64,000 nucleotides of DNA, from IMG/VR virus record IMGVR_UViG_3300045988_178038, positions 1 through 64,000 of that record. One strand, 5' to 3'. Numbering within the stretch: position 1 is the first letter of the stretch; each line of letters begins with the position of its first letter. Origin of the DNA: a virus. The notes beneath the pieces were generated by a model. It saw only the letters and a program-made list of their open reading frames with translations. It ran no database searches and was not told where the DNA came from. Made by a program: the position numbers and the translations under genes. Below are positions 15,607-24,097 of this stretch, one piece after another.

Positions 15607-16232
15607 TGTTGATAATCATCATAAGGATAGTTTTCATCAGTTTCATCATAGCAGTAGGGTTTTAATGCCCCAAAAGCATTTTGGTTTGCTTGTGGCATTA
15701 TAGCGTTAGCAAATGGCACAGAGATCTTTTTTGTAATATAAAAATCAGGAGGTGTCAAAATTGACTTTTTTTCAATACTATATGTCACTGACCAAGTTAT
15801 CTTTTTATCATAGTAGTCATCGTTGATGACTCCTATAGTAATACCATTTAGGGTTTCATAAACAGCATAGTATCTACGGGTGGCGTTATAGGAAATTGGA
15901 ATTTCTTTTCCAAAAAAATGTAAAATAAGAGTTTCATCATATTTATCAAAACTTTCGTCATCATCTTCTCCAATAAAAGTTATATAAAACGTTGCAGAAG
16001 TAGCAGAAATAGCATGTAGAGTTATATCTTCTGATATTCCCAACACGGGAGCATGAATAAAATATCCTCCTGGCCGATTTTTGATATAATCCTTAGCCTT
16101 TGGGTTATTCTGATCCCAATCTGCTTGAACTTGACTCTCTTCAACCGCTGTATCTACTAGACCTTCTAATACTGCTCTATTAGTATTGTGTGGTGTTTCC
16201 ATCACATAGTCTATAACATCTTGCTTTGACAT
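15528..16232 (-). CDS. tail-fibre locus protein (234 aa)
   Basis: RBS GGAAGGTG before ATG 16232; first gene of the minus-strand fibre block. Confidence 0.6.
   Translation of the reverse strand: MSKQDVIDYVMETPHNTNRAVLEGLVDTAVEESQVQADWDQNNPKAKDYIKNRPGGYFIHAPVLGISEDITLHAISATSATFYITFIGEDDDESFDKYDETLILHFFGKEIPISYNATRRYYAVYETLNGITIGVINDDYYDKKITWSVTYSIEKKSILTPPDFYITKKISVPFANAIMPQANQNAFGALKPYCYDETDENYPYDDYQQCYQVLGSGEQNGRLTTKNKYVRTIS
15552..15558 (-). promoter_or_regulatory. candidate -1 ribosomal frameshift heptamer A_AAA_AAC
   Basis: Read on the minus strand in the zero frame as acA AAA AAC; the -1 frame is exactly the frame of ORF 14014..15606; palindrome AGTACGTTCGTACT starts 1 nt downstream. 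Confidence 0.35.
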
Positions 16233-16304
16233 CTATTTCACCTTCCAAAAAAAATAATATCTCTACTATAGTAGGTAGGATTCCTATCTAGTAACTTGAC
16301 TAAT

Positions 16305-16333
16305 TTGAAAAACAATCAAAAATCTGATATAAT
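16305..16333 (+). promoter_or_regulatory. class A promoter
   Basis: TTGAAA 16305-16310, 17 bp, TATAAT 16328-16333, then ATTTATAGAAAATGAAG. Confidence 0.6.
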
Positions 16334-16360
16334 ATTTATAGAAAATGAAGGAGGAAAACG

Positions 16361-16621
16361 ATGAGTATCTTCAAGAAAATTTCTCAGAAGCTGGAGTATG
16401 CGAAGATGAAGAATGCAACAATTACCCCGAAGGGAATTTGCTTCCGTGAGTATTGTCAAAAAATCCGTGACCATAAATGGACACCTGCCGATACTATTGA
16501 AGCTTATGAAGAGGAGATTAGTATCGTGCGCGACCTCCTTGAACAGGGAAAATATGTAATTCATCGAGAAGATGTAGCAGATTATCTGTTCCAGCTGCTT
16601 TGGGAAGTAAAGGAGCAATAA
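16361..16621 (+). CDS. hypothetical protein (86 aa)
   Basis: RBS GAAGGAGG; first gene after the promoter. Confidence 0.6.
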   Translation: MSIFKKISQKLEYAKMKNATITPKGICFREYCQKIRDHKWTPADTIEAYEEEISIVRDLLEQGKYVIHREDVADYLFQLLWEVKEQ

Positions 16622-16627
16622 GATAAG

Positions 16628-16879
16628 ATGAGATATAAGAATTATGAACTAAGAAAAGTAGAAGATCATAAGTGGGAAATTGTTCAGTGGTTTCCTAATA
16701 ATCTAGTTGAGACCTGCACTGTTGTAATGTTTCTCAGATGGGATGCGCGAAGTGGCTCTTTGAAAATTGACCCAATAACTTCTAGCATTATTCAAACATA
16801 CAGCGTAAGAAATTTTGATAAATGGCTTGATATCTGTCTAAAGTTTATTGAGCTTTCTGAAGAGGAGGGTGAGGAATGA
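16628..16879 (+). CDS. hypothetical protein (83 aa)
   Basis: RBS AAGGAG; tightly packed operon. Confidence 0.55.
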   Translation: MRYKNYELRKVEDHKWEIVQWFPNNLVETCTVVMFLRWDARSGSLKIDPITSSIIQTYSVRNFDKWLDICLKFIELSEEEGEE

Positions 16880-17052
16880 AGTTGAAGATGTTGATTTTTG
16901 GAATTCTTAGCTATCTTGGCGCGATTTTTGGTTGGAATGCGTGGGCAATTATCAATAATTATCCACATTGGCTTATTTATATTGTTGAGTTCACGATGCT
17001 TGGTCTTTATGCTTTTGCCTATTGGAAAGGAGATAAGAGCGATGACAACTAA
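16876..17052 (+). CDS. hypothetical membrane protein (58 aa, two hydrophobic helices); below the ORF-track cut-off
   Basis: ATGA overlap with the previous stop, RBS GGAGGGTGAGG; MKLKMLIFGILSYLGAIFGW...VEFTMLGLYAFAYW. Confidence 0.5.
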   Translation: MKLKMLIFGILSYLGAIFGWNAWAIINNYPHWLIYIVEFTMLGLYAFAYWKGDKSDDN

Positions 17053-17248
17053 GGAAATTTGCGCGAACCTTGATAAAATTATCGATAGTGTTCCGGACAC
17101 TGATATTCAGAGAATCGCACGTGAAGCTCTTACTAGACTGCGCCATCAAGAAGAGGAGTTGCACACAATGCGAGAAGTGTCGATCGCGCACAAAGAACTG
17201 ATTGGCGCGCTCTATCATCAAATTGATACAATTGAAAGGGGAATTTGA
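17042..17248 (+). CDS. hypothetical protein (68 aa)
   Basis: ATG 17042 behind GGAAAGGAG; the upstream part of track ORF 16898..17248 is out-of-frame overlap with the membrane ORF. Confidence 0.55.
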   Translation: MTTKEICANLDKIIDSVPDTDIQRIAREALTRLRHQEEELHTMREVSIAHKELIGALYHQIDTIERGI

Positions 17249-17249
17249 T

Positions 17250-17501
17250 ATGAAGCCTAATACTTTCGTTCTTGACCGCAGCAAGTTCAAAACAAAGGAA
17301 GAGTTCAATACCACCATTGGTAATGCTATTCGTATGTTTACGGATGCAGACTATCAAGTAAAGGCGTACTGGGATGATATCGGCGTCGGCATTTTTGTGA
17401 TTGAGTATGACCACGCGAAACCCGAATTCGGCATCACTCTTGAGTGGCACGATGAAGTAGAAGACATGGTCATGAATGATAGAGACGAGGATTGCGACTA
17501 A
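17250..17501 (+). CDS. hypothetical protein (83 aa)
   Basis: ATG 17250 behind GAAAGGGG. Confidence 0.55.
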   Translation: MKPNTFVLDRSKFKTKEEFNTTIGNAIRMFTDADYQVKAYWDDIGVGIFVIEYDHAKPEFGITLEWHDEVEDMVMNDRDEDCD

Positions 17502-17502
17502 T

Positions 17503-17531
17503 TTGAATTTCTAGTAAAATTATGGTATAAT
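17503..17531 (+). promoter_or_regulatory. class A promoter
   Basis: TTGAAT 17503-17508, 17 bp, TATAAT 17526-17531, then TTTATTAGAAAATGAGA. Confidence 0.55.
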
Positions 17532-17566
17532 TTTATTAGAAAATGAGATAAGAAAGGATTGATACT

Positions 17567-17821
17567 ATGGCTGGTTATCGTAGAACGTCGAAGTATTCAG
17601 TGGAGGACACACAGAAATGGACAATTGAAGCAATGCTTACTCTTTCCGAAGAAAAACGCGCAATGACATGCGAAGAATTGCGCACGACTAATATCCAGCT
17701 AGTATCAGTCACTCCGCAGAAGCTTGCACGATGCCTTAGTTCTCTTTGCGATTTGGGAACGATTCGTAAGGAGAAGGGCAAGGATGGCCGTATGCGTTAT
17801 TGGTTCGTGGAGGCAATGTAA
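17567..17821 (+). CDS. hypothetical protein, possible winged-helix DNA binder (84 aa)
   Basis: TCEELRTT...QKLARCLSSLCDLGTIRKEKGKDGRMRYWF resembles a wHTH recognition helix plus wing. Confidence 0.45.
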   Translation: MAGYRRTSKYSVEDTQKWTIEAMLTLSEEKRAMTCEELRTTNIQLVSVTPQKLARCLSSLCDLGTIRKEKGKDGRMRYWFVEAM

Positions 17822-18045
17822 TGGAGACAAAAGAGGTAGTCAAAAAGATTCTTGAGGAAAGTAGTTGCCAATCTTCTAAGTCGATTAGCGCAATGGCAAT
17901 GCGCAAATTCAGAATTGAGGTAACTCCTGCGCAAGTTTCTGGTGTACTGCGCGCAATGATGGCGCGTGGAGAAGCTGCTTGTTCTAGTAATGGTAGTGGC
18001 CAGAGAGTATATTGGCTCGTGAAACATGAATGGGAGGAGAAATAA
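17821..18045 (+). CDS. hypothetical protein, possible winged-helix DNA binder (74 aa), distant paralog of the previous gene
   Basis: ATG 17821 overlaps the previous stop; SISAMAM...VSGVLRAMMARGEA...GQRVYWLV. Confidence 0.45.
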   Translation: METKEVVKKILEESSCQSSKSISAMAMRKFRIEVTPAQVSGVLRAMMARGEAACSSNGSGQRVYWLVKHEWEEK

Positions 18046-18046
18046 A

Positions 18047-18298
18047 ATGGTTCGTTTCAAAGTTGTTCTTGGATGGTGGGAAGATCCACTCGATGGTGGC
18101 AAGTCTACTTATAAGGAAAAGACTTTCAAGGGAGTAGCTTCTGGTCCTTCTTCTGCGGAAGCTCTCGCTCAGATTGAAGAGTATTATGGCGCCGACGAAA
18201 TTCAAAACGTCACACTCGAATACACTGACGATATGGATACTCCCATTTATGATGTAACAAATGAAGAAGAAGAGGTTTGGCTAACAAAGGAGGACTAA
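18047..18298 (+). CDS. hypothetical protein (83 aa)
   Basis: ATG 18047 behind GGGAGGAG. Confidence 0.55.
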   Translation: MVRFKVVLGWWEDPLDGGKSTYKEKTFKGVASGPSSAEALAQIEEYYGADEIQNVTLEYTDDMDTPIYDVTNEEEEVWLTKED

Positions 18299-18299
18299 T

Positions 18300-18749
18300 A
18301 TGAGCATTGATTATACTTTTTATATGAAGACAGCTAACAAAGAGTTTTATCCGATTGCTTCTTTTGGTAGTAGTTCTATGGTTGGTGAGGCTTTGAACAT
18401 CCAGTTCGGAAGTAGTAACTTTTGCAATAGACGAGCGCTTCATGAAGAGGAGCTGCGCCAGATGGCTGCTGAAAGAAACAATCGTGCGCGTGAGCATAAA
18501 GCAACGATTCGTAAGTATCAGAAACGACAGGAAGAAATTGGCAGTTGGACGAATTCTACGGATGAAAAATATAGTTTGATTACTGAACTCGATGACATGA
18601 TTGATGAGGAAAAGTGTGATATGGACTACTGCACGCGAAGTGCGGATTTCTTTGAATTCCTTTTGGATTTTATTGATATGGCGAAATACGTTAGTCCGGA
18701 TGACCTTAAGATTGATCCTGAAGACTATATCTATTGGGAGATGACCTGA
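18300..18749 (+). CDS. hypothetical protein (149 aa)
   Basis: RBS AAAGGAGG. Confidence 0.55.
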   Translation: MSIDYTFYMKTANKEFYPIASFGSSSMVGEALNIQFGSSNFCNRRALHEEELRQMAAERNNRAREHKATIRKYQKRQEEIGSWTNSTDEKYSLITELDDMIDEEKCDMDYCTRSADFFEFLLDFIDMAKYVSPDDLKIDPEDYIYWEMT

Positions 18750-19138
18750 TGGGGAAGCCCATTACACATCTAACTTGGGCGCTTTTTACTAGTTGGCGCC
18801 CATCAGTTTTCTTTGAAGACCTCTATATTTGGTTTAGAAGGCTTATTTTTCTTCTTCGACATGGATATTGCCCGCAGGCTAGATTCGAAATGTTTGAGTG
18901 GCATCGTCAGGTAATGAGCGAACTTCTTATCCATTTTCGCAATAATCATTCTGGCGTTCCTTATCTTATCGATGAAGAAGACAATCAAAAAAATGAAGAG
19001 ACATGGAATAATATTATTGACCAAATGTCATTAGCACTTGGAGAAATGGGTGACGATGTTGACTATCGCGCGCGCGAACACGCCAAAAAGAGATTTTTCC
19101 GTCTTTTTTCTGAATATTACTTCTACCTGTGGGACTAA
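18749..19138 (+). CDS. hypothetical protein (129 aa)
   Basis: ATG 18749 overlaps the previous TGA; GGGAG upstream. Confidence 0.5.
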   Translation: MGKPITHLTWALFTSWRPSVFFEDLYIWFRRLIFLLRHGYCPQARFEMFEWHRQVMSELLIHFRNNHSGVPYLIDEEDNQKNEETWNNIIDQMSLALGEMGDDVDYRAREHAKKRFFRLFSEYYFYLWD

Positions 19139-19167
19139 GTTCTCATAGGTCTTTTTACATTACAAAT

Positions 19168-19196
19168 TTGAATTTTGGCCATAAAAATGGTATAAT
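19168..19196 (+). promoter_or_regulatory. class A promoter
   Basis: TTGAAT 19168-19173, 17 bp, TATAAT 19191-19196, then ATCTATACAAGATAAAG. Confidence 0.6.
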
Positions 19197-19228
19197 ATCT
19201 ATACAAGATAAAGAAAGGAAAGGGAAAA

Positions 19229-19426
19229 ATGGTAGTTTCATTCAAGACTAATTCGGATATTACGCTAGAGAGTCATGACTTCTCCAAGAGACAGTGGCGC
19301 AAAATTTGTAAGGCACTTGGTGCGCAAGATGATGATAACGTTCTGTGGATTGAAATTCCAGCAAATACTGTGGAATTGGTTTGTAAGCCTACCAAAAGCG
19401 AATTGGAAGAATGGAACAGACGATAA
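19229..19426 (+). CDS. hypothetical protein (65 aa)
   Basis: RBS AAAGGAAAGGG. Confidence 0.5.
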   Translation: MVVSFKTNSDITLESHDFSKRQWRKICKALGAQDDDNVLWIEIPANTVELVCKPTKSELEEWNRR

Positions 19427-19599
19427 TTGCACTTAGAAAAAACTGAAGAGCGAACTAAGCGAACCGCAGTATAGATTGATATTGCCAGAACTATGGACAC
19501 TATCTCTACTTGGAATATCGATTTTAATATGCCAATTCTTAAAGGCGATGACTGTAAGTATGTTGATGATTTGATTTATGTAAAAGAGGATTAAATGAG

Positions 19600-19824
19600 A
19601 TGAAGAAGTATGATTATTTTCCGGTTCCTACACAGGTACAGTTTTGGGACTATAAGAAGAGACGCTATAAGGGTGGTATTGCTTACCGAGATGAAATTAT
19701 CTGCGGATGTTGCGGAGGTGTCTTCAATATTAGCGAAATCTATAAGGTTGCACCTGATACGCTCTTAAGAGATCCTATCATTGCCTATGATGATTGGGTA
19801 GGTATTAGCTCTGCGATGTTTTGA
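19600..19824 (+). CDS. hypothetical protein (74 aa)
   Basis: RBS AAAGAGGA; CGCCGG cysteine cluster. Confidence 0.5.
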   Translation: MKKYDYFPVPTQVQFWDYKKRRYKGGIAYRDEIICGCCGGVFNISEIYKVAPDTLLRDPIIAYDDWVGISSAMF

Positions 19825-19843
19825 GAGGAATAATAAAATGTGA

Positions 19844-20122
19844 ATGAATAAATTAGAACTTACAAATATAGTAGAGATAACTTATTGTAAGGATACAGAT
19901 AGGAATAATTCTTGTAATACTTTGCTAACTGCTATGGTTCATGTGCCTGAAGAGTCTCTACCTCCTATGAGTGAAGAAGAAAAGAAATATGGCCGTCTTC
20001 TTGATGTGTACTTTAAGAAGGCTTCCGAGATTCTGGAAAATGAAATTGGGCCAATCCATATTTATCCAATTTATCCAATTCATAGTTTCCGTTTTATGGG
20101 ACACATGACTGTGGTATATTAA
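19844..20122 (+). CDS. hypothetical protein (92 aa)
   Basis: ORF track; weak RBS. Confidence 0.4.
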   Translation: MNKLELTNIVEITYCKDTDRNNSCNTLLTAMVHVPEESLPPMSEEEKKYGRLLDVYFKKASEILENEIGPIHIYPIYPIHSFRFMGHMTVVY

Positions 20123-20151
20123 AAGGCTTCAACTATTCAGGAGGTAAAATA

Positions 20152-20475
20152 ATGGATTCTTTGGAACTTGCTCATGAAATAAATCGTATGTGTAAGTCTT
20201 TTGGCGACAGTTGCAGAGGTTGTCCCGCTAATGACGTTAGCGGTTGCATAGTCACTCAATTGTATGAAAAGATAGTTCCGATTGTAGAAAAGTGGTCAAA
20301 AGAGCATCCCCGTAAAACACGACAAGATGCGTTTTTAAAGCAATACCCTGATGCTCCTCTCAACTACGGAATAATTAATATTAAACCGTGTCAAGTAGTA
20401 AAAAATCATACTTATGGAAGTTGTAGTATAACTGACTGTCCACTGTGTCGAAAGAGTTTTGGAGTCAAGAGGTAG
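20152..20475 (+). CDS. hypothetical cysteine-rich protein (107 aa)
   Basis: RBS CAGGAGG. Confidence 0.55.
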   Translation: MDSLELAHEINRMCKSFGDSCRGCPANDVSGCIVTQLYEKIVPIVEKWSKEHPRKTRQDAFLKQYPDAPLNYGIINIKPCQVVKNHTYGSCSITDCPLCRKSFGVKR

Positions 20476-20479
20476 AATA

Positions 20480-20644
20480 ATGGATGAGAGATTATATATC
20501 GAAGATTTTGACGGCTTCGTAAAGATGGAAAGTAGAGTGGTATTCTTACGCGACCATGGTATAGAACCAATTAACGTCTTTCCTTGTAGTGATAACCGTT
20601 GGCGTATTGTGTATGTAAGTTGTCCAGATACTATTAGGATGTGA
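20480..20644 (+). CDS. hypothetical protein (54 aa)
   Basis: ATG 20480 behind AGAGG; track ORF 20459..20644 shortened. Confidence 0.4.
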   Translation: MDERLYIEDFDGFVKMESRVVFLRDHGIEPINVFPCSDNRWRIVYVSCPDTIRM

Positions 20645-20694
20645 GTAGATATCGTCGATATATATGGCTGTGCTTTGGAATAGGAGGACTAACA

Positions 20695-21261
20695 ATGACA
20701 AGAAGATATATTGATGCCGACGCTCTACAAGCACGGCTTGAGCGAAAGAAAGCCGGTATTGCTAATCAGCGTTATACTGAAGGGTGGAACGATTGCATGA
20801 TGCGTGTTAAGAGTATGGTAAGTAAGTCGTCCACAATTAACGTGGCACCAGTGGTGCACGGGCATTGGATTCGACCACATTGGAAGAACAGTAATTATTG
20901 CTGTGACTGTTCAGAATGTGGTGGAGAGGCGATGCACAAAGATTATTATTGGGATAAAAATGGTGTCTATCCTATTTGTCCCAACTGCGGCGCTCGAATG
21001 GACGGAGGTAATTGTGATGCGGATAATACGAATCTAGGAGACGCTATTGGACGTAATGCTTTTAGGAATAGACAAGATATTATTGATTTGATTAACGACC
21101 AGGCAACTGTAGATGCCGTACCTGTAGTCCGGTGCAAGGACTGCAAATATCATCATGATGAAGGAGAGGGTTATATTTATTATTGTTTAGCACTTCATAC
21201 GAAATGCCCAGATGATTCAGGTTTTTTCTGTAAATATGGTGAAAGAAAGAGGCCACTATGA
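20695..21261 (+). CDS. hypothetical Zn-ribbon protein (188 aa)
   Basis: ATG 20695 behind TAGGAGG; RYIDADAL N-terminus and ICPNCGARMDG ribbon, paralogous to the next gene. Confidence 0.55.
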   Translation: MTRRYIDADALQARLERKKAGIANQRYTEGWNDCMMRVKSMVSKSSTINVAPVVHGHWIRPHWKNSNYCCDCSECGGEAMHKDYYWDKNGVYPICPNCGARMDGGNCDADNTNLGDAIGRNAFRNRQDIIDLINDQATVDAVPVVRCKDCKYHHDEGEGYIYYCLALHTKCPDDSGFFCKYGERKRPL

Positions 21262-21539
21262 GACTGATTGATGCAAATGAACTGAAGAAACTAAGAGATA
21301 AATACATACGTGGAGAAATTGAATTTGACGACGAGTATGATTTGATTGATAGATGTCCTACTGTGGATGCTGTCCTAACGGCGCATGGACGGTGGGATGG
21401 AGATACTTGCACAGCGTGTAAGCTCTCGTGGAAATATAACATGGTACAAGATGCAGATGATTGGGGGTATTTCGACCCTATGCCGGACTATTGTCCCAAC
21501 TGTGGAGCGAAGATGGACGGAGAAACGGAGGGTAAATGA
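21258..21539 (+). CDS. hypothetical Zn-ribbon protein (93 aa), paralog of 20695..21261
   Basis: LIDANELKKL N-terminus and YCPNCGAKMDG. Confidence 0.55.
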   Translation: MRLIDANELKKLRDKYIRGEIEFDDEYDLIDRCPTVDAVLTAHGRWDGDTCTACKLSWKYNMVQDADDWGYFDPMPDYCPNCGAKMDGETEGK

Positions 21540-21799
21540 TGATTACACTTAGAGAGGTTGAGGAACGAATTGAGTGCGGTGATACATCGGAGATTATCCG
21601 AGAATTCCTTGAGGAAGCCGCGCGTAGCGGTGAAATGTTTGATAGTGAGTTGGTTCGTTTTATTTTCAATAGTTTTGATAGTGAGGATTATGTTGATTAT
21701 ATTGACTATTTTTATCAAAACTTTGATGACAGTTCGCGCTGGTCGATTACTCGCACAGAAATTGTCCGTTTCAACTCAGACCAATACTATTCTTTTTGA
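21536..21799 (+). CDS. hypothetical acidic protein (87 aa)
   Basis: RBS GGAGGG; the TGA stop is followed in frame by 42 more sense codons (see findings). Confidence 0.5.
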   Translation: MMITLREVEERIECGDTSEIIREFLEEAARSGEMFDSELVRFIFNSFDSEDYVDYIDYFYQNFDDSSRWSITRTEIVRFNSDQYYSF

Positions 21800-22068
21800 T
21801 ATGAAGTCGGTTTGACTGAGCATCAAGAAAATGAATGGTATGACCAGAAACCGCAGATTGCTCGACAGAAGAAAATTGAGAAGCTGATTTGGGTAGAGGA
21901 GAAAATTGAGAATGAAACTAATTCCTGAAGAAGCAAGGTACGCGCAAAAGTTGTTGCGTTTGGTTTCTATGACGGCGAGCTTGCTGTAAGAGTTAAGTAA
22001 AGTTTCCGTCCCCTTGCGGGGTGTGGGTTCTGCGGAAGATATTTTGAATAAGAAAAGGAGATTTGCAA

Positions 22069-22500
22069 ATGAGTAAGTTTGGTCGCAAGTCTACTGATTT
22101 TGGTTATTATGCTTATATTGATGATAACAATAATCTTGTAATTGGTGAGGAACGCTGGCGCGATGGTGGCGACCTCTATACTGGTGCTTGGCAGGAAATG
22201 AAAACGCCTTATATTCAAAAAATTAGAGAAGAAGACCCGGCTCTTTTCAATGAAATTCTTGAGCATTTTGGGATGGATTTTGCAACAGCTATTAATCAGT
22301 CTATTGATTCGTTTCTTGATAAGTTTGAGTTTTATTTACCCAAGGCGCTTTACGACAAGGTAAAAGAAGATTGTCTTAAAAATAAATGGACATCTAAGGA
22401 GACTCATATTCTTCGCACTGTGGATGAATTAAAGAATACTTGGTCAGGCGAAGACGATATGATTTACGTTCCGGCACATTATGAACGGAGAAAGAAGTAA
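22069..22500 (+). CDS. hypothetical protein (143 aa)
   Basis: ATG 22069 behind AAAAGGAG. Confidence 0.55.
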   Translation: MSKFGRKSTDFGYYAYIDDNNNLVIGEERWRDGGDLYTGAWQEMKTPYIQKIREEDPALFNEILEHFGMDFATAINQSIDSFLDKFEFYLPKALYDKVKEDCLKNKWTSKETHILRTVDELKNTWSGEDDMIYVPAHYERRKK

Positions 22501-23007
22501 TGGAAAACTATATTATGCTCGACGGCCGTAAGTTTAAGATTGATGAGAAGAACTCGATGCTTCTGCGCGGTCGTTGACAAGGAGAAGACAGAAAAGAAAA
22601 CCTCTTTTGCGCGGATGTATGATGAAGAGTATTATTTCATTAAAAGTGACGGAGGCGTTGAGGTTGAGACCGAATCTAATAGCTTTTGTGATGATGAACA
22701 TCATAAGGTTGCCAATTACTGTGCTGATAGAGAACTAACGTGTCAGCGCAATCTTCATGAAACTTTGAATAGACTTCTTTGGAGATTTTCCCTTGAGAAT
22801 GGTGGAGATAGCGAGTGGGATAGAATTGAATGTCATTGGTATATTACGTTTCAGGAGGGAGTTGGTGAAAAGAAGCTAGGAGTAGAGTGGATTTCACAGT
22901 GGCACCATCAAGGAGTGGTTTTCTTTTCTTCAATAAGAGCAGCAGAAAGAGCGATCGATGAAATCATAAAGCCTTTTATGACGGAACATCCTGAATTTGT
23001 GTGGTGA
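22500..23007 (+). pseudogene. frame-disrupted paralog of 26064..26549
   Basis: MENYIMLDGRKFKIDEKNSMLLR (frame of 22500) then, after skipping G22569, VVDKEKTEKKTSFARMYDEEYYF...NYCADRELT...LNRLLWRFSLENGG parallels MENYFVLNGQKIELT...NYCSDRKLM...LERILWRFSEDNGG. Confidence 0.55.
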
Positions 23008-23020
23008 GGAAAATTTGAAG

Positions 23021-23302
23021 ATGAATATCTATAAGATTTGGGCTGATGACTGGCTCGGCTATGATACCTATGATAGCGCCATTGTTGTGGCTAAGGATGA
23101 AGCGACTGCGCGACATATCCACCCGCAAGGAGAGGCACGTGGATGGAATAAGGAGACTAATCGTTATGATAAATTGTGGTATGAGAGTGATGAGTCTCTT
23201 GACACTTGGACAATGCCAGAAAGAATAAGTGTTAGACTGGTTGGAACAACAGAAATTTTTCCCGAAGGAACAGTTCTGTGCGCAAGTTATAACGCGGGGT
23301 AA
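23021..23302 (+). CDS. hypothetical protein (93 aa)
   Basis: ATG 23021 behind GGTGAGGA. Confidence 0.55.
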   Translation: MNIYKIWADDWLGYDTYDSAIVVAKDEATARHIHPQGEARGWNKETNRYDKLWYESDESLDTWTMPERISVRLVGTTEIFPEGTVLCASYNAG

Positions 23303-23307
23303 CTAAA

Positions 23308-23487
23308 ATGATTTGGATGTATTGTCCGAAGTGTGGTGCACCGATGAGAAGCGTAACGACTGGTTGGATTTGCACAGAACTTGGTTGTGGATGTAAACTT
23401 GATGTGTATGGAAATCAGTATAATGTTGATTATTGGTATGAAGTAGATGAAAGTGACCAAGGTCAAAAGGATATTGTTTTAGAATAA
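23308..23487 (+). CDS. hypothetical Zn-ribbon protein (59 aa); below the ORF-track cut-off
   Basis: MIWMYCPKCGAPM...CTELGCGC; fills the gap between neighbouring genes. Confidence 0.45.
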   Translation: MIWMYCPKCGAPMRSVTTGWICTELGCGCKLDVYGNQYNVDYWYEVDESDQGQKDIVLE

Positions 23488-23516
23488 AAGAGAAATAATA
23501 GAAAGGATTTTTGAAA

Positions 23517-23987
23517 ATGAAAAAGTTTATTTGTGTTCTTGTTTGTCTACTGATGATTATGAGCTGCGCTTACGGGTGCGCGCGGCCATCGATTGAGACT
23601 GCGCCGGAGACAACTGTTTCTGAGCCAGGGACGTCCGCGCCCACTGAAATCGATACGACAGTCTCACGCGAAGACGAAGTAGTTGAACTGGAAGAAACTT
23701 TCGTCGACAGTTTTGGTGAAGATAATGTTTCTTTCTGGTGGTCTGATGAAGGCGATGCGTATTTCATCACTATTTGGTGCGATTTTACTTTTGATGAATT
23801 CTATGAGTTTGATGTGAACAGTGGAACTCGTGATAATCTTGATTTTCTTCGCTTGATGGGCAACTCTGTTACAAACGTTGACACTTTCCTTACACTTTAT
23901 AGTAAAACAGATGGCGTCATTTATGCTTCTTATAATGGCGCAGATTTTACAAGAGAAGCTCTTATTTCTCAGGGAGCAAACAACTAA
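23517..23987 (+). CDS. putative lipoprotein (156 aa)
   Basis: MKKFICVLVCLLMIMSC signal peptide with a lipobox-like IMSC; ATG 23517. Confidence 0.55.
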   Translation: MKKFICVLVCLLMIMSCAYGCARPSIETAPETTVSEPGTSAPTEIDTTVSREDEVVELEETFVDSFGEDNVSFWWSDEGDAYFITIWCDFTFDEFYEFDVNSGTRDNLDFLRLMGNSVTNVDTFLTLYSKTDGVIYASYNGADFTREALISQGANN

Positions 23988-24097
23988 TGAACTGGTGGCA
24001 AGCTATTCTTTGCGGAGTTGGCGTTCTCGCAGTGGGAACGCTAATTCTCTATTTGACTTGGGCCATTTATGGTTGGGTCACAAAGGGAGGTAAGTAA
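23987..24097 (+). CDS. hypothetical single-pass membrane peptide (36 aa)
   Basis: ATG overlaps the previous stop; MNWWQAILCGVGVLAVGTLILYLTWAIYGW; ends 1 nt before the next ATG. Confidence 0.4.
   Translation: MNWWQAILCGVGVLAVGTLILYLTWAIYGWVTKGGK

Noticed and set aside
8200-16232. Invertible (Mu G / P1 C-type) tail-fibre segment
   Set aside because: The opposed fibre genes share only a short protein motif, not nucleotide-level inverted repeats. No invertase/recombinase gene is present in the window.
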